Origin: Bacteroidales bacterium
GTDB taxonomy: Bacteria; Bacteroidota; Bacteroidia; Bacteroidales; UBA4417
Length of the DNA stretch: 64,000 bases
NCBI GenBank assembly: GCA_030654075.1
Contig: JAURYB010000091.1
Coordinates: 18,141 to 82,140, forward strand
Direction of reading: 5' to 3'
In this document: one piece after another, positions 10,038 to 20,100 of the stretch
Layout of the letters: the number at the start of each line of letters is the position of its first letter
How positions within the stretch are numbered: the first letter of the stretch is position 1
Notes under the pieces: generated by a model
What the model saw: the letters and a program-made list of their open reading frames with translations, nothing else
Database searches by the model: none
Told to the model about the DNA's origin: nothing
Program-made: the position numbers and the translations under genes

Positions 10038-10209
10038 GAAAGGGGAATATTAAAATTGGAAATGTAAAGGTGGTGATTTTAGGTTATGGTTAATCACTTT
10101 TCATGCAATGAATAGGCAATAAAGTAAATCTATATCAAACAGATTTATTCTGATGGGAAAGCTTATTCGGCAAATACTCTGCCTGGGATAGATCGTTTTG
10201 GCAAAAAAA

Positions 10210-11769
10210 TTAGTTCGCCAGTAACTTATCTTTGATCTTGTCTTCGAAGGCTGTTAATGCTGCTTTTGAACCTTCGCCCATGGCGATTATAATCTGTTTA
10301 TAAGGAACATTGGTAACATCACCTGCTGCATATACGCCGGGCACGTTTGTGCGGCAATGCGCATCAATCAGGATTTCGCCGTATTTATTTACTTCTGCCA
10401 GGTTTTTAAAAATCTGGCTGTTGGGAACTAACCCGATTTGCACAAAAACTCCATCCAGATCCACTTTTTTTGTGATCCCGGAATTGCGATCTTTTAATCG
10501 TATGGAAGTTACTTTCGAACCATCACCATCAATACTCAGAGTTTCCGCGCCTGTAATCACCTTCACATTTGGCAAGGATTTTATCTTATCCTGTAAAACC
10601 TTGTCACCCTTAAGCTCGTGCATGAATTCCAGTACAGTTATCTCTGTTGCCAGGCTCGACAGGTCAATGGCGGCTTCCAGACCGGAATTCCCTCCGCCAA
10701 CTACAGCCACACGTTTGTTTTTGTAAAACGGGCCATCACAATGCGCACAAAAGGCAACTCCGGAACCAATATAGTCACTTTCACCGGGAATATTTAACCG
10801 CCTCCAGCTTGCACCTGAAGCTATGATCAGGGCTGGGGCCATTAAAATTTCGCCCATCGAAGTACGGACCTGTTTCATGCCGTCTGCCAGCTCAAGCTGT
10901 TCTATTTTCCTGTTCTCCAAAATCTCCATAGGATATTCCTTCAGGTGCAAGCGGAGATCGGCCACAAGCTGAGTTCCCGTAGTTTTCGGTACGGAAATCA
11001 TATTTTCGATGCCAAGAGTTTCATTTAACTGCCCACCCACATGGTCGGTAACAAGAACAACTTTCAGTCCTTTGCGTGCCGAATAAATTGCTGCTGACAC
11101 ACCGGCAGGTCCTCCACCAACAACAATTACATCAAAGTTTTTCACTTCGGCTGATGCAGGCTCGTAATTGGTTCCAAATTTCTCCTCCAGTTTTGATAAA
11201 AGTTCACCAAGATCCGAACGTCCTACATGCAACAAACCGCCATTAGCATAAACTGAAGGAACAGCCTGGATATTTAGCTTCTCAATATCATTTTTGTTAA
11301 TGCCTCCGTCAATGATTTCGTGCTTAATGTTGCTGTTAAGAATCGACATAACGTTGATGGCCTGAACAACATCCGGACAGTTAGTACATGTAAGCGAAAT
11401 AAAGCTTTGAATATGAACCTGACCTTTTAATGCCTGTATGCGTTTGATAACCAGTTCGTCGGGGATATTTTTGCCAATTCCGTCCATGTTAAGAATGGCG
11501 AGTAGCAACGAGCTGAATTCATGCCCGGTGGGAATGGCACGGAAAATAATGGAAGAAGGAACATCTTCTTTAAGAATTGAAAAAGACAGGCTCTCGCCAT
11601 CGGAAATACGGCAGGAGATTTTATCAGAGCACGATGCTACTTCCTCAAGTAGTTCAATTAGTTCTGCACGGTTCGGATGTCCTGGATTTGCCTCAATCTG
11701 AAAGGTGAAATTTGATTTCAATCCTTCGAAAATGGAACGTATCTGATCTTTAAACGCCTGTTCTAACAT
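10210..11769 (-). CDS. ahpF: alkyl hydroperoxide reductase subunit F
   Basis: 519 aa. N-terminal thioredoxin-like CTNCPD, VVGGGPAG, redox CAHCDG and VVGGGNSG. Lies immediately downstream of ahpC. Confidence 0.92.
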   Translation of the reverse strand: MLEQAFKDQIRSIFEGLKSNFTFQIEANPGHPNRAELIELLEEVASCSDKISCRISDGESLSFSILKEDVPSSIIFRAIPTGHEFSSLLLAILNMDGIGKNIPDELVIKRIQALKGQVHIQSFISLTCTNCPDVVQAINVMSILNSNIKHEIIDGGINKNDIEKLNIQAVPSVYANGGLLHVGRSDLGELLSKLEEKFGTNYEPASAEVKNFDVIVVGGGPAGVSAAIYSARKGLKVVLVTDHVGGQLNETLGIENMISVPKTTGTQLVADLRLHLKEYPMEILENRKIEQLELADGMKQVRTSMGEILMAPALIIASGASWRRLNIPGESDYIGSGVAFCAHCDGPFYKNKRVAVVGGGNSGLEAAIDLSSLATEITVLEFMHELKGDKVLQDKIKSLPNVKVITGAETLSIDGDGSKVTSIRLKDRNSGITKKVDLDGVFVQIGLVPNSQIFKNLAEVNKYGEILIDAHCRTNVPGVYAAGDVTNVPYKQIIIAMGEGSKAALTAFEDKIKDKLLAN

Positions 11770-11832
11770 AAATTGGTTTTTTAAAAAGGGAGAAACCTTT
11801 TCGATCTCCCCCTTTGATATTCTTTGCTATAA

Positions 11833-12396
11833 TTAAATTTTACCTACCAGGTCGATGCTTGGTTTCAGGGTTTCGGAACCTTGTTCCCATTTAGCAGGGC
11901 AAACTTCCGAGGGATGGCTGGCAACAAACTGAAGTGCCTGCAGGCGACGTAATAATTCATCCGCGTTACGGCCGATATTGCCGGCTACTACTTCGTAAGC
12001 CATGATTTTTCCTTCAGGATTTACAATAAATGTACCGCGCTCAGCAAGACCAACTTCCTCGATCATCACATCAAATCCACGAGCCAATACGGCTGTAGGA
12101 TCGGCCAGCATAGGGTATTTGATTTTTTTGATGGTATCCGAAGTGTCGTGCCAGGCTTTGTGTACAAAATGAGTGTCGCACGAAACCGAATAAATTTCAG
12201 TATTAGCTGCCTTGAAGTCGCTGTACTTATTTGCAAGGTCTTCCAGTTCAGTAGGACATACAAAAGTGAAATCAGCCGGGTAGAAGAAAAATACTGACCA
12301 TTTGCCCAGTACATCGCTTTTTGATACTTCTTTGAATCCGTTGTTGCTGAATGCCTGAACGTTGAAGTCCACAATCTCTTTTCCAATTAATGACAT
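11833..12396 (-). CDS. ahpC: alkyl hydroperoxide reductase subunit C (typical 2-Cys peroxiredoxin)
   Basis: 187 aa. Peroxidatic FTFVCPTEL and resolving EVCPAKW motifs. Confidence 0.95.
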   Translation of the reverse strand: MSLIGKEIVDFNVQAFSNNGFKEVSKSDVLGKWSVFFFYPADFTFVCPTELEDLANKYSDFKAANTEIYSVSCDTHFVHKAWHDTSDTIKKIKYPMLADPTAVLARGFDVMIEEVGLAERGTFIVNPEGKIMAYEVVAGNIGRNADELLRRLQALQFVASHPSEVCPAKWEQGSETLKPSIDLVGKI

Positions 12397-12452
12397 AGTT
12401 TCTTTTTTTTAGTTAATGATTATCTGAATACGTTTCTTTTTATTTGATGAGG

Positions 12453-12460
12453 CAAAATTA
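12453..12460 (-). promoter_or_regulatory. -7 promoter box TAATTTTG for ahpC
   Basis: Exact TAnnTTTG on the minus strand, 57 nt upstream of the ahpC ATG. Confidence 0.5.
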
Positions 12461-12468
12461 TTTCAAAT

Positions 12469-12510
12469 GATCATATAGATCAAACAGATAATATCTATCT
12501 TTGTATAGAA
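12469..12510. promoter_or_regulatory. putative OxyR operator in the ahpC-oxyR divergent region
   Basis: TGATCATATAGATCA palindrome, plus ATAG (12475), CTAT (12495) and ATAG (12505) tetrads, lying between the two -7 boxes. The spacing does not fit the enterobacterial ATAG-N7-CTAT rule exactly. Confidence 0.4.
12496..12503 (+). promoter_or_regulatory. -7 promoter box TATCTTTG for oxyR
   Basis: Exact TAnnTTTG, 76 nt upstream of the ATG at 12579. Confidence 0.45.
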
Positions 12511-12578
12511 AGAATCAATATTTTGGCGAAACAGGAAAACAAGGAAAAAAAAGAATCAACTAAATCAGTTATTTATCT

Positions 12579-13502
12579 ATGACCCTACAACAACTTGAAT
12601 ACATTGTCGCATTGGACAAAACCAGGCATTTTGTTCGTGCTGCCGAAATGTGTAAAGTAACCCAGCCTACTTTGAGCGCGATGATTCAAAAACTTGAAGA
12701 GGAATTAAGTTGCCAGATTTTCGACCGCTCTTCACACCCGATCGTTCCAACCGAAGTGGGAGCGATGGTTATCGGGCATGCCCAGGTTATTTTATTTCAT
12801 GCGAGGCAATTGAATGAGAATGTATTAACGCAGAAAAATGCTTTAACAGGCGCGCTTTCGCTGGCTTTGATTCCAACTGTTGCGCCTTATCTTCTACCTG
12901 GAGTAATATCCCTGTTCCGTAAAAATCATCCGGAGATTTCGCTGAAAATTTCGGAGATGCGCACCGAATCCATTATCCAGAAGTTACAGATGGCCGAAAT
13001 TGATATGGCCATTCTGTCAACCCCTCTTGATGATCCGAAAATACATGAAGTGCCATTGTATTATGAGAAATTTACAGCTTACATTTCGCCGGATGAATCC
13101 ATATTTGCTCAAAAGGAAATATCAATTAACGAAATGCCGCTGGAACATCTCTGGGTGCTGGAAGAGGGACACTGCCTGAGGAACCAGGTCCTTAATTTCT
13201 GCGGAAATCAAACGCACACCTCCGTTTATGAAGCCGGCAGCATTGATACTTTGGTTAAAATTGTAGATATGAACGGAGGCTATACAATTATCCCCGAGTT
13301 GCATATTGATTTACTGAGTGAAACCCAGAAACTAAACCTGCGAAATATTGTTCGTCCCGAAGCGACCCGCGAAATATCTCTCGTAATCCGCCACGATTAT
13401 GTGCGCGAAGGCATGATGAATGCAGTGGCTGAAATTGTGAAACAACTTATTCCCGCTCACATGATTGATGGAAGGCTGAAGAAGTTTGCTATTAAGTTGT
13501 AA
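12579..13502 (+). CDS. oxyR: LysR-family hydrogen peroxide-inducible genes activator
   Basis: 307 aa. LysR HTH (LQQLEYIVALDKTRHF...VTQPTLSAMIQKLE), redox cysteines in EGHCLRNQVLNFCG, divergent from ahpCF. Confidence 0.85.
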   Translation: MTLQQLEYIVALDKTRHFVRAAEMCKVTQPTLSAMIQKLEEELSCQIFDRSSHPIVPTEVGAMVIGHAQVILFHARQLNENVLTQKNALTGALSLALIPTVAPYLLPGVISLFRKNHPEISLKISEMRTESIIQKLQMAEIDMAILSTPLDDPKIHEVPLYYEKFTAYISPDESIFAQKEISINEMPLEHLWVLEEGHCLRNQVLNFCGNQTHTSVYEAGSIDTLVKIVDMNGGYTIIPELHIDLLSETQKLNLRNIVRPEATREISLVIRHDYVREGMMNAVAEIVKQLIPAHMIDGRLKKFAIKL

Positions 13503-13580
13503 ATCAGGCTGAAACTCACGCAAATAATCAATTCCGAATGATTCATTCTTAAACTATCCAACTCCTTATAAAGTATTTTT

Positions 13581-13692
13581 TGCCACAGATTTCACAGATT
13601 ACGCAGATTAAAACTGCTGAAAGCAGTTTTTTATAACGAAATTTTGAAATTGATGTGAATAATTGTCGGTTAAATCTGCGAAATCTGCGGCA
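13581..13692. repeat. CACAGATT-type inverted-repeat element, copy 1
   Basis: The 5' arm TGCCACAGATTTCACAGATT pairs with the 3' arm AATCTGCGAAATCTGCGGCA: 18 Watson-Crick pairs plus 2 A:C, which become G:U on the minus strand. The arms are tandem 9-mers. A second copy is at 24452-24561. Confidence 0.8.
13610..13632 (+). terminator. rho-independent terminator of oxyR, embedded in the inverted-repeat element
   Basis: AAAACTGC-TGAAA-GCAGTTTTTT. Confidence 0.6.
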
Positions 13693-13725
13693 TATAACTG
13701 TTTGTCAGAGATTTGAATAAGCTGG

Positions 13726-15390
13726 TTAGTTTAAATTATTCTTGTAAGCTTTATCCAAAAACAAATAGCGCGCATCATTTTGAGCCTTTACCATTTTTGA
13801 TTCAACATCTATAATCATTACCGGTGGAGTTGAGTCTTTGGCACTGGCCGCATTCCATTCCGGAAGACCAGATCCGTTAGGATTACCGCTAATAATGAAA
13901 TTAGCAAAGTAGTTCAGCATCGTTTCCGAAACTTTGTAATCGTCTTTTGTCCAGGCATAATCTTTGACTAAACTCAGGTTTCCCATGCAGTATTCAATTT
14001 CACAGGCATGCGGCGCTCCAACGGCTTCGGGCGCTTTAACCGCATTTTCATCTTTTTTTACCGTTCCGCCGGCCAATCCTGATGAAACGTCCTGGTCAAC
14101 AAGTGGCGGACGCAATTTGCTGTATAAATATCGGTAAACCGGCTGAGAGCTGTTTTTCCGGTGAAGGTCGAACCATTTCCATGTGCTGTACGAAATAAAC
14201 GTGTCGGACGCCAGTGCGGTGGCCGATAATTCAATTTCTTTCTCCGAACCGTGGGGATAAAGTTTCAGAACCTCTTCGTAATCTTCAGGATAGGTGGCCT
14301 TAACTCTGGTAAGATAATTTTCTTCAGTATAAGACATTCCATACATAAAAGCCCCTCCCGGAATTTCAGCTGAATTCCATCCGAGCAGCAATGGAACCTG
14401 GGCTTGTTCTTTTGCGTTGAAAACTTCGATAACTGATTTTGTCATGAAATAACCGTCGATTACAGCTGGAAACCCAAATCGTTTCGATTCAGCATAAATT
14501 TCATAAATCTCACGCGTACTCATCGACCGCAACTGTTTGAGACTAAGGTTACCTGCGTTTGTTGCAAATTCGAGACCTTGTTTCTCTGCTTCAGCCAGCG
14601 TAACAGGAGCCATTGTAGGATTTATAGCTGCCCCGCTTTCGCCGATAGCACCTGCTATAAGCCCTTTTGATAAAGGAGAAGCCATATGGGAGCAAACATC
14701 TATGGAACCGGCTGATTCGCCGGCAATAGTTACCTTCCTGGGATCGCCGCCGAAGGAGGCAATATTTTTATTCACCCATTTAAGGGCAGCATACTGATCG
14801 AGCAAACCGTAATTGCCGGAGGATTTGTAAGGCACTTCGGCACTCAGTTCAGGATGGGCATAAAAACCAAAAATATTGAGGCGGTAGTTAACCGTTACAA
14901 CCACGATTCCTTTCTTTGCCATACTTGCGCCGTCGTAGCGAGGCTCTGAACCGTCGCCGGCCACATTGCCTCCGCCATAAAAATATACCAATACCGGCAA
15001 TCCGGTTGTATTTCGTTTGGCTGGTGTCCAAACATTAAGGTAAAGACAATCTTCGCTGATTCCGTTTGAGCGCGCTTTCATATCGCCGAAAACTATCGCC
15101 TGAACGGCCCGTGGACCAAATTTTTTGGTTTCTTTCACCCCGGTCCATTTTTCGGGAGTCTGTGGCGCTTTCCACCTCAAATCACCAACCGGTGGTTTTG
15201 CAAACGCAATCCCAAGGTAAAGCTGCAATCCGTTTTGTGTGTCGTAAAGACCTTCTATAATACCATTTTCAGTCTTAGTCTGAACTGCAAAATAGTTATT
15301 GGTTTGACCTTTGGATGTAAGAAACCCCAGGCTGATGAGGGCCGTCATTAGGCTGATTTTAACAAAGATTTGTCTGAAGTTGATTTTCAT
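13726..15390 (-). CDS. secreted type-B carboxylesterase/lipase family protein
   Basis: 554 aa. Signal peptide, EDCLYLNVW, nucleophile elbow GESAGS. Confidence 0.85.
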   Translation of the reverse strand: MKINFRQIFVKISLMTALISLGFLTSKGQTNNYFAVQTKTENGIIEGLYDTQNGLQLYLGIAFAKPPVGDLRWKAPQTPEKWTGVKETKKFGPRAVQAIVFGDMKARSNGISEDCLYLNVWTPAKRNTTGLPVLVYFYGGGNVAGDGSEPRYDGASMAKKGIVVVTVNYRLNIFGFYAHPELSAEVPYKSSGNYGLLDQYAALKWVNKNIASFGGDPRKVTIAGESAGSIDVCSHMASPLSKGLIAGAIGESGAAINPTMAPVTLAEAEKQGLEFATNAGNLSLKQLRSMSTREIYEIYAESKRFGFPAVIDGYFMTKSVIEVFNAKEQAQVPLLLGWNSAEIPGGAFMYGMSYTEENYLTRVKATYPEDYEEVLKLYPHGSEKEIELSATALASDTFISYSTWKWFDLHRKNSSQPVYRYLYSKLRPPLVDQDVSSGLAGGTVKKDENAVKAPEAVGAPHACEIEYCMGNLSLVKDYAWTKDDYKVSETMLNYFANFIISGNPNGSGLPEWNAASAKDSTPPVMIIDVESKMVKAQNDARYLFLDKAYKNNLN

Positions 15391-15949
15391 AAGCTGATTG
15401 CGGATTGAATTTATCGATTTATTGAATGGGGAAAATGATCGGCCAAAACTCAGTTACCTTAAGGTGCAATTGGTTGTTTTGATCCTGTATCCATGCAAAG
15501 TTAAATGTTTTGCTATTATTGTTAAAGAGAAACAAGTGTATTTACCGATACTCTTCAAAAAGCATATGAGAATTGGAATAGCAACAACCCGGCCATACTG
15601 GCTGAGGTTCTGAACGGAGAAACCTGTACACCCGATGGCGTATGTGACTAGATTGGATCCGGATTTTGAAAAATGGTATTCGCTTCAGGCAAATCATTTT
15701 ACCGGGACTCCCATATTTGAAAGGAGGTAAAAACTGCTCTCTGGTATTAGAGGTTAAAAATAAGAAAAGGGCAATTTTTGCCTCTTTTTATGTTTTTGAA
15801 TTCTTTTGCTACCACATATGTTATTTTTATGTTCAATGTTTAAGTTATTAAATGTCAGCATAATGTGAAATTTTATTTAAAAATAATCAAAAATAATTCC
15901 TGAAAAAGTATTTCCTTTTGAAATAATATGGATTAAGTTTAAAAATGAT

Positions 15950-16051
15950 ATGAATACATTCGAAATTCTTTTGAAAATCCTTTCTATTGTTTTGATCCTC
16001 GGACTGCTTTTTACTCTGGTCAGGACTGTGATTTCTGCAATAAGAGCATAA
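15950..16051 (+). CDS. candidate 33-aa hydrophobic peptide (below the ORF-track cutoff)
   Basis: ATG at 15950, TAA at 16049-16051. MNTFEILLKILSIVLILGLLFTLVRTVISAIRA. No other support. Confidence 0.15.
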   Translation: MNTFEILLKILSIVLILGLLFTLVRTVISAIRA

Positions 16052-16082
16052 AAAAGGCTGTAGTGTTTTAAGTGACAGCCTT
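16049..16082 (-). terminator. rho-independent terminator of the 16142-16804 gene
   Basis: AAGGCTGT (16054-16061) pairs with ACAGCCTT (16075-16082). The T-run is on the minus strand. Confidence 0.6.
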
Positions 16083-16141
16083 CACGCCAGGTTTTTGGAA
16101 TTCCAAAACGGAATAATTCCTGTTACTCTGTTTATCCCGGT

Positions 16142-16804
16142 TTATTTTTCCGGGAGTTCAAATGGTCCGGAGGAACTCAGGCTGGCTGAACTATAAAAGT
16201 TAGCCACATCAAATTTAAGGTAACCCAACTCGGTTGTATCTCCCGAAAGTGTAGATAGGTGGGCCTTATCACTGATTTGGACTTCTTCAGCAGGCAGTTC
16301 GCCAACTCCGTGAGTTTCCGTCCCGTTACTGGCGATGTAGTCATTTACATCAAATTTCAGGTACTCAAACTTATTTACTTCAGCAGCAGCAAGGTTTGAA
16401 TTGTATTCGTCCACTGGTAACTCAGTTATTTCTTCGCTGCTAAATCCTGAAATATAGTCGCTTATTTTATATTTCAGGTAACTGTAATCATTGCTGGTAG
16501 CATCCGGCAAAACAGCTTCCTCCTCCGGATTAAAGGCATCAGCTTCCAGGTATTGGGTTACATCGAATTTAAGGTAGTTCAAATTCCCGGAAGGAATAAC
16601 CGGAAAAGTGTTGGCCGTTTCCCAATTTCTTTTGGCAGTAATTACTACTCCCGGTAACAGGGTCACTCTGGCCGTAGCAGGAATTGCAATTTTGGTTGCT
16701 GAAGCCAATTCCATTTTATAGCCGTCATAGCGACGAGGTGCTTCTGCAAATGTTAAGAGAAGGCAGAGTGCAGCAAAGCTCGAAATGAATAAAGATGTTT
16801 TCAT
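16142..16804 (-). CDS. secreted tandem-repeat protein, four YLKFDV...ELP repeats (uncharacterised family, member A)
   Basis: 220 aa. Signal peptide, then repeats NYLKFDVTQYL..VLPD, SYLKYKISDYI..ELPVD, EYLKFDVNDYI..ELPAE and GYLKFDVANFY..ELPEK. Confidence 0.7.
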   Translation of the reverse strand: MKTSLFISSFAALCLLLTFAEAPRRYDGYKMELASATKIAIPATARVTLLPGVVITAKRNWETANTFPVIPSGNLNYLKFDVTQYLEADAFNPEEEAVLPDATSNDYSYLKYKISDYISGFSSEEITELPVDEYNSNLAAAEVNKFEYLKFDVNDYIASNGTETHGVGELPAEEVQISDKAHLSTLSGDTTELGYLKFDVANFYSSASLSSSGPFELPEK

Positions 16805-17070
16805 GGCTTTATGGTTTTTTAATGGTTAAGTATCATCTTCAATTGCAGGATAAAATTATATATAACACTGATGGTAAAGCAAATGCAATCGATCAGGAGC
16901 TAAATAAAAACGTTAAGCCAATTACAGATTGGTATGGCGGATTTGGCGTATTGGGAATGGATTTCACAGATAAAACCAGTACAGTAAAATGAGGATTGTA
17001 ACATTTCAGGTGCAGTTGCGTCATTAATGAGTAAAACATATCTTAATTAGGAATACGTGCGAAGGTTTTG

Positions 17071-17078
17071 TAAATTTG
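17071..17078 (+). promoter_or_regulatory. -7 promoter box TAAATTTG
   Basis: Exact TAnnTTTG, 100 nt upstream of the ATG at 17178. Confidence 0.4.
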
Positions 17079-17177
17079 ATACAGTATAATTTGCGTATGA
17101 GTATTTCTTAATTCACTACTCCTGCCTTGGCGGGATAAACGGCAAAAGACTGACAGTTCAAAAATCTTGCTTTCGGG

Positions 17178-20100
17178 ATGAAAATAAAAACTGTTTTGAT
17201 TATACTATTTTTTCTGCGTTGGTTACCCGGCAATGCGCAGCAGTATTTTTTTTCAGGATATTCCATCAGTGACGGACTTTCGCAGAGTGTTGTCAACTGT
17301 ATTTTCCAGGACTCACAAGGGTACATCTGGTTTGGAACGCAAAACGGGCTGAATAAATACAACGGTTATTCGTTTGAAGTGTTTACCTACAACCCCAATG
17401 ATACAAATTCGATAGCCAACAACTGGATTCATGGAATTGCTGAGGATAAAGAGGCAAACCTCTGGATAGCTACAAAAGGAGGATTAGTTAAATATACCAG
17501 GAAAGAGAAGCGATTCAGCCGGATTAAATATACCTCTCCCTATGCGGATCTTACTACCGATTGTGTTTATGATGTTAAATGTAGCCGAAACGGGAATATA
17601 CTTATCAATATGCCCCCGGTTATTTCGGTTTGCAATCCGAAAACGTTGCAATTCAATCACTTTATAAGCCCGTTCACTTTCGACGGAAGCGCAAAGGATA
17701 ACAATATTCCATTGCTTGAGGACAAAAATGGAGCTATTTGGATAGCCTCTACCAAAGGACTGGCCGCATTTGATCCGGGTACAGCGTCCTTCAGGGTATT
17801 CAAACACAATCCGGCTGATCCTGCAAGCCTATCGGACGACAATATTACAGCCTTATACCAGGATCAGGAAGGTGAACTTTGGATAGGAACATCGGCAGGG
17901 CTTAACCATCTTCGGACCGGGGGCAAGGGATTCGATCATTACTTTCATGAAAAGAGAGATGAATTCTCACTAAGCAATAATTATATAAGGTCAATTGTTG
18001 CTGATAAATCGGGTAATTTATGGATAGCAACTGAAGGCGGTGGTTTGAACAGGGTAAGTCATAACAAGGATAAGCATGTGATTTGCGAACGCTTTTCTTC
18101 CGAAAAAAACGGACTTAATCACAATATCAATCTTTCATTAGCCATCGATAACTCTGACAACCTCTGGATAGGAACTTTGTCGGGAATAAACAAAACCAAC
18201 CTGAAAAAGCGGAATTTCAACCTGTATCGTAAAAGTGATTCACCCTATTCTGTCGATCTGGCTGGAAACGTTGTAGCATCCATCTATGAAGATGAAAATA
18301 AAGTAATATGGGTTGGCAACTGGGGACAGGGGCTGAACTTATACAACCATGAAACCGGCAGAGTTGAACAATATTCGTCAAAATTGCAAGGTAAATATTA
18401 CATTCCCAACGACTACATCCATTGCATCTATGAAGATGACAGGCACACTACATGGCTTGGAACCCGGGATGGATTGCTGGTTTATGACCGAAAGGGAAAA
18501 AGGTTTGTACGTCCCGGCGAATTATTTAAGGAGAACGGATTCCCCGACTTTCCCGGACTGAGGATAAACAGGATGATACAGGATCGCCAGGGCAACTATT
18601 GGATTGCGACTCATGATGGGCTATTTAAAATGCAACGAAACGGGCTTTTGCCGGAACATTTTTATGCCGGGGCAATACCAGCGTTCAGGATTAGCTCAAA
18701 CCTGGTGTATGCAGTTCTTGAAGACCGTAATGGAGCCATATGGGCAGGGACTATTAACGGATTGGACGTAATAGATGAGAAAAACAACAGAATTACGCAT
18801 TACAGGAAAAGTGAAAAGAATGCAAATTCTTTGTCAGATAACTTTATTACAGCTTTGTATGAAGATGAGCAGGGCGATATCTGGATTGGAACGAATTCGT
18901 ATTTAAACAGGTTCTCAAAAAAAGATAAGACCTTTCATTATTATTCCTCCGACCAGGGTTTTCCCAGCAACCTTGTGTACAGCATTCGTGAAGACAAAAA
19001 TCATACCCTGTGGTTTGCTACGGGCAATGGGTTATGCCGTTTCGATTCAGCTACCGGCAAATTCCGCACCTATACCGTGGAAGATGGTTTGCAAAGCCCG
19101 GAATTCAATATGGGGGCTTCATTCAGGAGTGCTGACGGGGAAATGTTTTTTGGAGGAATGAATGGTTTTAATTCGTTTTATCCAGATTCGCTCAGCAACA
19201 ATCCGCACATCCCGGTTATTGCCATTACTGCTGCGTATAAATTTAGTAAGGGTGCCCGGGAGTATCTCAACCTCGAAAAAGGTGATCCCCTAACATTGAA
19301 CTATGACGAGAACACAATCACCATTGAATTTGCTGCGCTTGAGTTTACTAATCCCGCAAAAAACCAATATGCTTACAGGCTCGAAGGTGTGGATGATGAC
19401 TGGAATAATATTGGCACACGTAATTTTGTTGCATTCACAAACCTACCGCCCGGTGAATATACCATGCATGTAAAAGGCTGCAATAACGACGGGCGCTGGA
19501 ACGAAACCGGTGTCAGCCTGTCGATACTTATTCATCCTCCATGGTGGAAAAGCAATACCGCTTATATTGCGTATATACTGCTGACTGTTTTCCTCGTGTT
19601 TTTGTATATAAAAATCAGGGAGCGTAACCACACCAGGGAACGCAGGATACTGGAGGAAAAAGTAAGGGTAAGAACACAACTTATTGAAGAGCAGAAATCG
19701 GAGATATTAGTCAAGAATTCGGAACTTAATGAATTGAATGCAGCCAAGGATAAATTCTTTTCCATCATTGCCCATGATCTGCGGAATCCTTTCAATGCCA
19801 TTATCGGGCTCACCGATATTTTACTGATAAACCTCGATGATATTGATATCCAAAAACTTCAAAAGACGCTTGAAAATATTAAAGGATCCTCACTGCAGGC
19901 GCACGAATTACTCGAAAACTTATTGTTATGGGCCCGTTCCCAAACCGGAACCATCTCTTTCAGGCCTGAGCCTGTTGACCTTAGGGTACAGGCAGAGGAA
20001 AGCATCGAACTTGTTTCGGTACAGGCAGCCCGTAAAAATATCAGCATTATTGCTGATTTTAAAACGAGTGGATTGATAAGCGGGGATGTAAACATGATGA

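Noticed and set aside
10310-11701. 138-aa and 87-aa plus-strand ORFs inside ahpF
   Set aside because: They are antisense to a confidently identified gene and have no motifs. Their composition mirrors the opposite-strand codons.
15398-15851. Two tracked ORFs (71 and 61 aa) in the 750-bp gap
   Set aside because: They have no motif, promoter box or SD, and their composition is odd. I kept the region only as an unexplained spacer.
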